A DNA stretch of 62,959 nt, from assembly GCA_031441465.1 (NCBI GenBank), contig JANOEP010000029.1, positions 1-62,959 on the forward strand, written 5' to 3'. A program made the position numbers and the translations under genes. Positions 1 through 11,741 of the stretch are shown piece after piece; within the stretch, counting starts at the first letter, position 1, and every line of letters starts with the position of its first letter. Below the pieces are notes generated by a model, which was not told where the DNA came from, did no database searches, and saw nothing but the letters and a program-made list of their open reading frames with translations. This stretch comes from a bacterium (GTDB lineage Bacteria > Krumholzibacteriota > Krumholzibacteriia > LZORAL124-64-63).

Positions 1-85
1 TATTGATAACGACCCAGAATTTTAATAGCATTAATCACTATTTGCAAACCCAGAGCCGGGCTAATCTAAGTGTCCTTCCGATTTT

Positions 86-515
86 ATGCTGATATCCGAA
101 CTTGGCAGTAAGACTTTTTATGATACCTGGAGGCCGGTGAATACAGAAGAGGATATGCAAAAATATATTAAAGATGATTTCAATCCTTTAAAAATTAAGA
201 TGGATATAGAAGCTTACGGAATCAATACATTCTTACTGGCTTTTTTTGGAAAAGATGCTATCGGTTATGTAAAACTACGGAGCGACCGCTTTTACGAAGA
301 ATTTAAAAATGAAAAGGCTCTGGAATTAGAGCGAATTTATGTTGTAAAAGAGTGGCAGGATAAAAAGGCGGGCAAAGCACTTATGGACCAAAGCTTGCAA
401 TTTGCAAAGGATAATAATTATTTATGGATTTGGCTTGGTGTTAATGTAGATAATATCAAAGCCATCGATTTTTATAAACGGTATGATTTTACTGTTTTTG
501 GTGAAAAATCTTTTA
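86..515 (+). pseudogene. GNAT (PaiA/spermidine N1-acetyltransferase-like) N-acetyltransferase fragment, AT-rich, truncated at a composition junction
   Basis: Motifs IGYVKL, LELERIYV..EWQDKKAGKALM (GNAT motif A) and WLGV...N.KAIDFYKRYDF. After VFGEKSF (~515) the ORF reads into the antisense of GC-rich carbamate kinase DNA. Confidence 0.8.
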
Positions 516-1155
516 CCGCGTCGATGCCCTCGATGCGGTCCTCCTCGCAGGTGACGACCGGCACGCCGCCGCCGCCCACCGCGACCACCAGCACGCCCGC
601 GTCGAGCATGCGGCGGATCACCTCGAACTCGATCACCTTGCGCGGCAGGGGGCTGGGCACGACGCGCCGCCAGCCGCGGCCGGCATCCTCCCGGACCGAC
701 CAGCCGAACTCCTGGGCGACCTTGCGGGCCTGCTCCTCGGTGTAATAGGGGCCGATGGGCTTGGTGGGCTTGGCGAACGCGGGGTCGTCGCGGTCCACGA
801 GCACCTGGGTGACGACGGTGGCCACCGGCGTGTCGATCCCGCGCAGGAACATCGCGTTCTGGAGGTTCTGCTGGATCATGTAGCCCAGCCCGCCCTGCGA
901 GTCCGCCCCGCACACGAACAGGGGCATCGGCACGATGCCGTGCAGCTGGTAACCCGCGTCGTTGCGCAGGAAGATGTTCCCGACCACCGGGCCGTTGCCG
1001 TGGGTGATCACGATCTGGTGCCCCGCGGCCGACAGCTCGGCCACCTGGGCCATCGTGCCCTTGGTGATCTGGTACTGCTCGAGGTAGGTCCCCTTGGTCC
1101 CCACCGGGATGATGGCGTTGCCGCCGAGCGCGATGACCATCCTGCGTCGATCCAT
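515..1155 (-). pseudogene. arcC: Carbamate kinase, C-terminally truncated
   Basis: VIALGGNA, ITHGNGPVVG, SQGGLGY, PTKPIGPYY, GWRRVVPSP, VGGGGVPV. It breaks at IEGIDAV, just before the canonical IDKD motif. Confidence 0.9.
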
Positions 1156-1235
1156 GTGGCACCTCCGCCGTCGCGGGCGGTCAAAGGGGCACCGCGCCCG
1201 GACGGCGAGCGCGGTGCCGCGGAACACCGTGAAGA

Positions 1236-2402
1236 TCAGCCCAACAGGTCCGCGCTCATCGCGCGCACGCGTTCCAGGGCCTTTCGGATCTGCGGCTGGC
1301 TGTTGGCGTAGCTGAAGCGCAGGTAACCCTCGCCGAAACTGCCGAAGGCCGTCCCGCTCAGGGCCGCCACGCCGTACTTGTCCAGCAGCAGCGTCGCGAT
1401 CTCCGCGCTCTTGCGCCCGAATTGCGAGACGTTCGGGAACACGTAGAAGGCGCCGTGCGGCTTGCGGCAGGTGATGCCGGGGATCGCGTTCAGCCCGTCG
1501 ACGAGCAGGTCGCGCCGCGCGCGGAACTCCGCGACCATCGCCAAGGCCGCGTCCTGGGGACCGGTCAGCGCCTCGACGCCCGCGAGCTGCGTGAACGAGG
1601 CCGTGCAGCTGTTGCAGTTGGTCTGCAGCATGGCGACGGCGTCGGCCAGTTCCCTGGGCATGACGCCGTAGCCCAGCCGCCAGCCGGTCATGGCGTAGGT
1701 CTTGGAGTGGCCGTCCAGGATGATCGTGCGCTCGAGCATGCCGGGGCGGGTGGCGATGGACTCGTGCGCACCCTCGTAGATGATCTTGCTGTAGATCTCG
1801 TCGCTCAGCACCCAGAAGTCGTGCTTCACCGCCAGACGGGCGATGGCGTCGAGGTCCGCGCCCGACAGCACGCCGCCGGTGGGGTTCTGGGGCGAGTTGA
1901 TGATCAGCAGCTTCGTGCGGTCGCCGACCAGGCGCTCGAGGTCGGCGATGTCGAAGGAGAAGTCCTTCGACTCGGACAGCTGCAGGGGCACCGCTTTGGC
2001 GCCCAGGAAGTTGATGACCGACTCGTAGATCGGGAACCCCGGGTTGGGGTAGACCACCTCGTCGCCTTCGTCGACCAGGGCCGTCATCACGAAGTACATG
2101 ATGGGCTTGCCGCCGGGTGTAACGACGATGTTCTCGGGGCCGACATCCAGGCCGCGATCGCGGGCGATGTACTCGGCGAACGCCTTGCGGACTTCGGGCT
2201 TGCCGGCCGCCGGGCCGTAGTGGGTCTCGCCGCCCTGCAGCGCCGCCACGGCCTTCGCCACGATGTTGGGCGGAGTGTCGAAGTCGGGCTCACCGATTTC
2301 GAGATGGACGATGTCGCGGCCCTGCGCCTCGAGCGCCTTGGCGCGGGCAAGGACGACGAAGGCCGTCTCGGTACCGAGTCTCTGCATGCGTTTCGCCAGC
2401 AT
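1236..2402 (-). CDS. PLP-dependent aminotransferase class I/II (aspartate aminotransferase-like)
   Basis: IGEPDF, NSPQNPTG, SDEIY, DGHSKTYAMTGWRLG (PLP lysine), GYLRFSYA. ATG at 2402 chosen. Confidence 0.93.
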   Translation of the reverse strand: MLAKRMQRLGTETAFVVLARAKALEAQGRDIVHLEIGEPDFDTPPNIVAKAVAALQGGETHYGPAAGKPEVRKAFAEYIARDRGLDVGPENIVVTPGGKPIMYFVMTALVDEGDEVVYPNPGFPIYESVINFLGAKAVPLQLSESKDFSFDIADLERLVGDRTKLLIINSPQNPTGGVLSGADLDAIARLAVKHDFWVLSDEIYSKIIYEGAHESIATRPGMLERTIILDGHSKTYAMTGWRLGYGVMPRELADAVAMLQTNCNSCTASFTQLAGVEALTGPQDAALAMVAEFRARRDLLVDGLNAIPGITCRKPHGAFYVFPNVSQFGRKSAEIATLLLDKYGVAALSGTAFGSFGEGYLRFSYANSQPQIRKALERVRAMSADLLG

Positions 2403-2464
2403 GATGGCTCCCTTGCCTCGGGTATCACGACGCGGCGGCGGGGGGCGACCGCCCACGGACGGAA

Positions 2465-2493
2465 AGTGTATGCGGACAGGGAAAGGATGTCAA
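2465..2493 (-). promoter_or_regulatory. sigma70-type promoter for the aminotransferase-arcC genes
   Basis: TTGACA-17 nt-TACACT on the minus strand. Confidence 0.7.
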
Positions 2494-2504
2494 AACCACG
2501 CCGG

Positions 2505-4106
2505 TCACCACCCCTGCCAACCCAGGACGGCGGCCGCCCGGAACTCGTAGTCGGCGGCCTCGCCCGGCAGCTGCGGGCGCCGGTAGGCGGCGCAGACCGA
2601 CGCCTGGGCTCCCGCACGCCGCCAGTGGACGCCGAGGGTGCGCTCGTCCCGCCAGCGCCCCCAATGCCGGGGCAGCAGCAGGCCCGGCGCCGGGGCCTCG
2701 ACGCTCACCAGATCGGCGCCCCCGCCCCAGGCCCAGACCTGGACGAAGCGCCAGCCCCACCCGACCGGCGGCGCGGCGCCCAGCGACAGCGACACGGCCG
2801 AACGGTCGTCATCGCCCGCAACCGTCCCGTCGTGGACGACGGTCCGCACCGTCCGCCAGACGAGCCGGCTCTGCCACGGACCGGACCCGGCCTCGACCCA
2901 GGATGCCGCGCGCCAGGTGTCTTGCGCCGACTCCCCAGCCGACGGCAACCAGGGCATGCGCCCGGCCCAGCCCCGTTGCACGACGGACCGTCCGCTCAGG
3001 CTCGCCCCCCATCGGCGGCGCGCGTCACCGCCGTCGGCGTCCAGCGACCAGCGCCGCACGGCGGTCAGGCGGGGCGCCCCCTCGGACCATCCGTCTTGCT
3101 CGGCCACGCCGTAGGCGGCGACCAACGACAGGGACTCGCGGCGCCTCTGCAACCGGATGAGCCAGCCGCGACCGACGTCGGCCGTGAGTGCCGCCGGACG
3201 TTGCGCCGAACGGGGAGCAGAGCCCGGTTGGGCGACGGCGACCTGCACTTCCGCCGAGGCGCGCCGACCGGCCCGCCAGCGGCCCGAGACGGCCCAGGCC
3301 GTGCGGCGAGGCCCGCCCGCCCGCTCGCTCCAGACCGAACTCTCCCCCGACAAGGCCAACGCGCCGCCCGCATGGTCACCACCCGCATCGGCGCCGCCCG
3401 TCCAAACGGCGGACAGCGAACCGCCGCGGCCGGCCGCCTCCGTCATGAAGGCCAGTGCGGTGTGCCCCCGTGCGCCGGCATGAGCCAGGGCCACACCCGT
3501 GCGCACCCCCGTCCCCGCGTCACGGGCGCGCCCCCGCCAAGCGATGATCTCGCCCGGCCCCGCGTTCAGCGCCGCGACGACCCCGCGCAGGGCCCGGCGC
3601 TCGGCGGCACCGGCGTGCAGCCCGGCCTGGATCCCGCCTTGGCCCCCGCCGGGAGACGACAGACCGGCCCAGCGACCGGCGCCCGAAAGAAGCAGACCGT
3701 ACCCCGCGTGCAGACCGACGTCGCCGACCAGGACACGGGCGCCTCCTGCCTCCAGCGAGGCGCCGCCGGACATCGCCGTTCGGTCGCCGCCGCGCAGGCG
3801 GACTTCGCTGTGCCCGTCCCGACGACCGAGGTCCCAGCGCCCTCCCGTCGCGGTCAGACGTGCGGCGCCTCGCCAGCGCCCGGCCCCACCGCCGAGAAAC
3901 CCGCCGCCGTTGGCATCGGTGTCCAGCCAGGCCAACGCCGCTGTCAGGTCGGCCGGTTCCAGGCGGTCGATGGCGGCGACGAGGCTGTCGGCCGGCTGCT
4001 CCTGCACGCCGGACGGGTCGTCGGGCGCGGCCTGCCCGCTCGCCGGCGGCAGGATGCACGCCGCCGCCGCCAGCGACCCCAGGAGAACGCGCAGCGGCCC
4101 GTTCAT
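2505..4106 (-). CDS. Secreted hypothetical protein, probable outer-membrane beta-barrel
   Basis: Signal peptide, Trp/Gly-rich amphipathic strands, C-terminal Trp. Overlaps the upstream gene by 4 nt. Confidence 0.55.
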   Translation of the reverse strand: MNGPLRVLLGSLAAAACILPPASGQAAPDDPSGVQEQPADSLVAAIDRLEPADLTAALAWLDTDANGGGFLGGGAGRWRGAARLTATGGRWDLGRRDGHSEVRLRGGDRTAMSGGASLEAGGARVLVGDVGLHAGYGLLLSGAGRWAGLSSPGGGQGGIQAGLHAGAAERRALRGVVAALNAGPGEIIAWRGRARDAGTGVRTGVALAHAGARGHTALAFMTEAAGRGGSLSAVWTGGADAGGDHAGGALALSGESSVWSERAGGPRRTAWAVSGRWRAGRRASAEVQVAVAQPGSAPRSAQRPAALTADVGRGWLIRLQRRRESLSLVAAYGVAEQDGWSEGAPRLTAVRRWSLDADGGDARRRWGASLSGRSVVQRGWAGRMPWLPSAGESAQDTWRAASWVEAGSGPWQSRLVWRTVRTVVHDGTVAGDDDRSAVSLSLGAAPPVGWGWRFVQVWAWGGGADLVSVEAPAPGLLLPRHWGRWRDERTLGVHWRRAGAQASVCAAYRRPQLPGEAADYEFRAAAVLGWQGW

Positions 4107-4936
4107 GATCCACCCGGGGGGAGCGCGAGCAGGTCCCAGCGGTGGGTCGGCCCCAACACGGGATGGACCAGGTGCGAGGACCGCACCAGCAGACGCCCGC
4201 GCCGCCAGGCGGTGGTCACGCCGACCGCGCCGCTGGCGCCGTCGGCGACGAGGCCCCAGCTGAACACCGCCCCCAACTTCAGGACGCCCTCCGCCCGCCA
4301 GCTGGAAACGCCGTGATCGGCGCGCCTCAGTTCACCAGCGGCGCTCCAGGCGCCGGCGTGCCAGCCGGCGGACAGCCAGGGGCGTGGGCCGGCGGCTTCC
4401 GCCCCGCGTCGCAGGATCAGGGGCACGACCTGGATCGCGCCCACGAGCCCCCCGCGGGCGATCCCGGCGACCGGTGCGACCTCCAGGGCGTCGCGCCCGG
4501 GGACGGACGCGTAGCTCGGCCGCCGCCAGCGCGTCGCCAATCCGCACCAGGCGCGGCTCGCGCCCGGACCGGAACCGTGGCCCCCGCGCACCGCCGACGA
4601 AGCGGCGGTGAAGGTGGTGCGCAGGTCCACCTGGTCCTCCCGCCAGACGCCCCCTCCCAGCATTTGCCACGACAGCGCGGCCGACCAGGACGCCGCACGC
4701 CGTCCCGCCGCCAGCCGCCGCAGCGGCAGTTCGGTCAGTCCGTAAAGCCGGGAGACGCCACAAGCCATCCAGACACCGTCGTGCGCAGCGCCGTCCAGCA
4801 GTTCGGCCGCCGCCGCCGGTTCGAGGCACCAGCCGTCGTCGAAGTCGCGGATACCCGCCGTCGCCGGCGTGGGCGCGCCGCCGAGGCCCAGGGTCGCGAC
4901 CAGACCGGCCACCATCGCGCCGCGGGGCGCCTTCAT
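4103..4936 (-). CDS. Secreted hypothetical protein, possible divergent PorV-like barrel
   Basis: Signal peptide; SRLYGLTEL, FG..WRE-like and C-terminal HPVLGPTH segments; translationally coupled to both neighbours. Confidence 0.5.
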   Translation of the reverse strand: MKAPRGAMVAGLVATLGLGGAPTPATAGIRDFDDGWCLEPAAAAELLDGAAHDGVWMACGVSRLYGLTELPLRRLAAGRRAASWSAALSWQMLGGGVWREDQVDLRTTFTAASSAVRGGHGSGPGASRAWCGLATRWRRPSYASVPGRDALEVAPVAGIARGGLVGAIQVVPLILRRGAEAAGPRPWLSAGWHAGAWSAAGELRRADHGVSSWRAEGVLKLGAVFSWGLVADGASGAVGVTTAWRRGRLLVRSSHLVHPVLGPTHRWDLLALPPGGS

Positions 4937-6672
4937 CGCTCATCCTGAGGCGCCGCCACGAGCAACAGGCGCTGGCGGTCGCACCGACTGCCGTCCGGAT
5001 CCAGCCCGCCCAGCACCGCGACGTAGGGACCGGGCGGCACGACCTCGCCGTGATCGTCCCTGCCGTCCCAAGCCACGTGGCGGCGGCCCGCACCGAGGTC
5101 GTCACCGCCGAGATCCCGCACCCGACGACCCCAGAGGTCCCACACCGAGAGCCGCCAGGCCGCCGCCGGCGCGGTGAGGTTCAACGTGAAACTGACCCCT
5201 TCGCCGCCGGCGATGAAGGTGCCGGGCGAGGCCGCCAGAGCGGCGGACGAAACCTGCCACGGTGATTCGAGGCTGTTGCGGCAGCCGGGCGTCGCGCCGG
5301 CCGCGGCCAGGCAGGTGCCCCAGAGATCGGCCGGGTCGCCCGCGGCGGCGCCGGCCCGGCGCTCGAGGCTTCGCCCGCGGGTCACGACCGTCCCGCGGGC
5401 ACCGAGCGTCGCATGGTCCCGCACCATCCCGTCCGCGCCGTGCAGCAGCAAACGCTCGGCATACGGCCGGCCGTCCCCGGGCGAGTTGTTCAGCGCGGGC
5501 CAGGTGCCTGGCAATTCGGCGAGCGGGGGCACCGCGGGCAGGCCGGGGCAGGGTGGCGGCGCGCCGGAATCCAACCGGTCCACCCACCAATCGCGGAAGG
5601 CGGCGGCGTCCTGGGCCAGCACCAGCCGTTCCCCCGGAAGCAGTTGCCAGGAGGGCAGCCTCAGGAGCGCACCGCCCGCCTCGGACAGGAAAAAGTCGGC
5701 GAGTTCGACGGGGCCGTCGGGGCCGGCGGCCAGTTCCAGCCACTCGCCGCTGCTGCCGTCGGGGTTGGCCATCACCTCCCAGACCGACAGCGACGACGGG
5801 CCGACGTGGAAACTCCCGAGCGCCAAAGTCTGCAGATCGACATCGGGCACATCGAGTTCCAAGCTGAGATTCATGTTCCCTAAGAACTGTGGTATCAGGA
5901 GAAAACCCAGGGCGGCGTCGGACTGCGGAGCGAGGTGTGGCCAGTCCGAGGTCGCGAGCGGCGCCCCTCCCGCATCGGTCAGCGTGGCGGATCCGGTCGG
6001 GATTGCGGCGAGGCCCGTGTTGCGCAGGGAAACGACGAACGCGACCTCGACGCCGGGCGCCGGGAGGCTGGGCGGTTCCACCGTGACGGAGAGGACCTGC
6101 AGACCGTAGGTCGGGAAGTTGGGTCGGCCCGGCGTGGGTTCGGCGCAGACGACCCAATCGCGATCGTTGCGGTCGGAGTCCACCCCGTCGGGACGACGGC
6201 CGAGGGACGCGGCGGCGGCTCCTGGATGCGGCGCGGTCTCGAACACGGACGGATCCGTGAGGTCGCCGTACCCGAGCAGGTCGAGCACGGTGTTGCCGCG
6301 CCGCAGTCGCACCGAGTCGGGACCATTCTGCAGGCGGAGTGAAATCAACACGTTGGGGACGATCGTTCCCGTCCAACCCGAATCCGCGATCAACCAGCGG
6401 GCGCCGGGCGCCAAGCTGTCGCCCACTGCCCCCTCCCAGCGCCGCTCCCAGACGGGCGCCGCTGCCCCGTTGGCGAACTCCAACCTCAGGCCGGCCAGAT
6501 CCAGCGTCACGGCGCCGGTGTTCAACAGTTCTACGAATTCCGCGCCGCCGTCCGCGCCCGGCGGGTCGTAGAGGACCTCGTTGAGGAGCGGATCGGCGAT
6601 TCCGGGTCGGGCGGCGAGCAACGAGGCGAACGTCACGACGGCCAGGACCGACGTGGGCGGGTGGGCAGGCAT
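4933..6672 (-). CDS. Lamin-tail-domain protein with a CARDB-like segment and C-terminal FlgD-Ig/T9SS-type sorting domain
   Basis: Two LTD starts (LNEVLYDP..GAEFVEL; WEVMANP...EWLEL) with PTPG/ATPG ends; C-terminal WDLWGRRVRDL..WDGRDDHG..PPGPY. Confidence 0.8.
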   Translation of the reverse strand: MPAHPPTSVLAVVTFASLLAARPGIADPLLNEVLYDPPGADGGAEFVELLNTGAVTLDLAGLRLEFANGAAAPVWERRWEGAVGDSLAPGARWLIADSGWTGTIVPNVLISLRLQNGPDSVRLRRGNTVLDLLGYGDLTDPSVFETAPHPGAAAASLGRRPDGVDSDRNDRDWVVCAEPTPGRPNFPTYGLQVLSVTVEPPSLPAPGVEVAFVVSLRNTGLAAIPTGSATLTDAGGAPLATSDWPHLAPQSDAALGFLLIPQFLGNMNLSLELDVPDVDLQTLALGSFHVGPSSLSVWEVMANPDGSSGEWLELAAGPDGPVELADFFLSEAGGALLRLPSWQLLPGERLVLAQDAAAFRDWWVDRLDSGAPPPCPGLPAVPPLAELPGTWPALNNSPGDGRPYAERLLLHGADGMVRDHATLGARGTVVTRGRSLERRAGAAAGDPADLWGTCLAAAGATPGCRNSLESPWQVSSAALAASPGTFIAGGEGVSFTLNLTAPAAAWRLSVWDLWGRRVRDLGGDDLGAGRRHVAWDGRDDHGEVVPPGPYVAVLGGLDPDGSRCDRQRLLLVAAPQDER

Positions 6673-6728
6673 CTGTGTCAGGGGACGATCCCGCTTCCGG
6701 GAGGAAAGCCGGGAGGCTCAGGCCGAAT

Positions 6729-8927
6729 CTAGAGCATGCCGCGCGAACGACGGACGGCCCATTCCGCCCCCAGCAGCAGCGTCGCGGCCGCGATCAGGTA
6801 CCAGCCGTGAACGAGACGGACCTCGGTCCTGCGCGCGACGGTGGCCGGTGTCCAGTCCGCGGTGTCCAGCACGGCGGTCAAGGCGCGGTCGGCGCCCGGG
6901 GCGTGCCCGTCCACATAGTGCCCGCCCCAGGCGGCGGCCAGGGCGCGCAGACGACGCCGGTCCTGGCGCACCTGCGCCTCCTCGGGCCGTGCGGCGACCA
7001 CGACGAATTCGCGTGCCGGCCCGAGCGCCGAATCCGTGCCGGCGGCGACGGGCCGGATGCGGTAGCGTCCCGGCGCCTGGGGAGGCAGCGTCACGCGGCC
7101 GCGGCCGACCTCGCCCGGCACCGCGGCCGGCGTGAACGACCGCGGGACCGCGGCCGGCGACTCGTCCCGCAGTTCGAGCGCGATCGCGCCCGGCGCCCCT
7201 TCCCCGCGCAGCCCGCGCACCTGGGTCTCCATCCGGATGGTTTCGCCCTCGCGGTAGAGCGTGCGGTGACCGGCGATCGTCACGCCGCCGAGTTCATCCC
7301 CGGCCGCCGTCCACACGAGCAGGTTGCGGACCAGACGCCGCACGGGATGCTCGGGCATCTCCCCGGCGCTGGCGGGCGGCTGCCAGAACGCCAGGGACCA
7401 CAGGTCGTCCGTGCCCAGCCAAGCGACCGTCCCCTCGCCGGCGGCGCCGATGGCGAGCAAGGGCGCCCGGTCGGCGCCGTCGCGACCGGGAACCGTCAGC
7501 AACACCTTCGCCTCGGGGCGCGCCCTTGCCGGCACGCTCGGGCCCAGGGGCGGCAGCCACGCCCAGGACGCGGCGTCGGCCGGCAGGCCGGACAGCAGGG
7601 AATGACCGGCCTCTTCACGCCGGACCTGCAGGGCCCCGCCCACGCTCCCGTGAACGCCGTCGCCGACGACCGGGAGCAGATCAGCCAGAACCTGTGGCAG
7701 GCCACCCTCAAGTGATCCGACCACCAGCAGCCCCAGGCCGTCGGTGACCGCTGCGGCCAGCCCGACGGCGTCCACGACGTCCGGTGGCGGCGCTCCCCCG
7801 ACGAGGATCACACCGTCCCAGGCCAGCCATCCCGCCGCACCGCGCGGAGGTGTCCAGGGCGCGCCGCCCAGCAGCGGCCCCCGCGCGCCCGGGTGGACCA
7901 CGTCGAGCGTCAGGCGGCGCTCGAGCGCGGCCGCCTGGGCGAACATGCGGACGTTCCAGTCGGGCCGGCCCGCGATCAGCAGCAGTTTCTCCCGGTCCTG
8001 CCGGACGGCCACGGCCAGGGACACTTCGTTGTTGGCGAGGTACCGCTCGTTGACCAGGGGGGCGACCAGCAGGCGCGCCACCTGGAGACCCGCCACGCGG
8101 GGAACGAAGGCGAGGTCGGCGCGCAGGGTCGCATCGTCGGGCCCGGCGGTCGCCGTGACCGCCGCCAGCGTGTCGGCGCCCTGGACCAGCGAGAGGCGCA
8201 GGCGCAGGCCGTCCCGGCGCGGCAGGCCGCGCAGGCCCACGACGGCTTCGACCACGACCTGGTCGCCGGCGAAGGCCGTCTCCGGGTAGCGCACGTCCAT
8301 GAGTTCGAGGTCGGCGGGGCCGGCGGGGTCGCCGACGCCGATCAGCACCGGCAGGGCGCCGTCGGTCGGCGTGACGGCTCCCTCGACGGAGGCCTGCGTC
8401 TCCTGACCGTCGGTGACGACGAACAGGGCCCGCAGGTTCCGGGCGGACCAGGCGCGCGCGGTTTCGGCGGCGAGACGGCCGAGGTCCGTGCCCACGGCCG
8501 CGGGCGGCGCGTCGCCGTCCAGGGCTCGGCTCGCTTCCAGGCCGTTCCCGCGCAGGACCGTCGTCCTGACCGGCGGCTCGCGCCGCGCCAGGAGGGACTC
8601 GACCTGGGCCGCCCACGCCTGCGCCTGCGCCCAGCGGTCGGGTTCTCCGGGCGCATCGTGCAGGCCCATGCTGGCGGAGTCCTCGACGATGATCACCGCC
8701 TCGGGCGGCTGCGCGACGTCGCCGGACCGCTGCCAACGCGGACCGGCGATCGCGACGAGCAGCAGCAGGACGGCGGCCGTGCGCAATCCCGCCAGGAGGC
8801 GGCGCACGCCGCGCGGCGCGAGGGGCTCGGTGGAACGGTAGTGGCGGCGGACCCAGAGGGCCGCCGCCACCGCGATCAGGGCCAGCAGCGGCAGCCAGGC
8901 CGCCGGGAGGGCCCAGGACAGGTTCAC
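6729..8927 (-). CDS. Membrane-anchored VWA-like plus glutamine-amidotransferase-like domain protein
   Basis: N-terminal TM helices; DSASM (DxSxS), GTDL and VTDG MIDAS-like motifs; C-terminal EWAVRRSRGML. Confidence 0.75.
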   Translation of the reverse strand: MNLSWALPAAWLPLLALIAVAAALWVRRHYRSTEPLAPRGVRRLLAGLRTAAVLLLLVAIAGPRWQRSGDVAQPPEAVIIVEDSASMGLHDAPGEPDRWAQAQAWAAQVESLLARREPPVRTTVLRGNGLEASRALDGDAPPAAVGTDLGRLAAETARAWSARNLRALFVVTDGQETQASVEGAVTPTDGALPVLIGVGDPAGPADLELMDVRYPETAFAGDQVVVEAVVGLRGLPRRDGLRLRLSLVQGADTLAAVTATAGPDDATLRADLAFVPRVAGLQVARLLVAPLVNERYLANNEVSLAVAVRQDREKLLLIAGRPDWNVRMFAQAAALERRLTLDVVHPGARGPLLGGAPWTPPRGAAGWLAWDGVILVGGAPPPDVVDAVGLAAAVTDGLGLLVVGSLEGGLPQVLADLLPVVGDGVHGSVGGALQVRREEAGHSLLSGLPADAASWAWLPPLGPSVPARARPEAKVLLTVPGRDGADRAPLLAIGAAGEGTVAWLGTDDLWSLAFWQPPASAGEMPEHPVRRLVRNLLVWTAAGDELGGVTIAGHRTLYREGETIRMETQVRGLRGEGAPGAIALELRDESPAAVPRSFTPAAVPGEVGRGRVTLPPQAPGRYRIRPVAAGTDSALGPAREFVVVAARPEEAQVRQDRRRLRALAAAWGGHYVDGHAPGADRALTAVLDTADWTPATVARRTEVRLVHGWYLIAAATLLLGAEWAVRRSRGML

Positions 8928-8928
8928 C

Positions 8929-11613
<2,685 letters not shown>

Positions 11614-11741
11614 CGTGCTTGCCTCCCTGTGTCTGCGATCCGGGCGCCCGGCGAGGGACCCCGTTGGTCTGCGGTGAAATGGCCCGGCGGCGGCGCCGGG
11701 CCAGAGAGAAGGATCCAGCGACGCCCCCTCGCGGGTCGACG

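Noticed and set aside
86..745. Full 219-aa GNAT ORF as a real fusion protein
   Set aside because: The last ~75 residues are the antisense reading of carbamate kinase beyond the composition junction.
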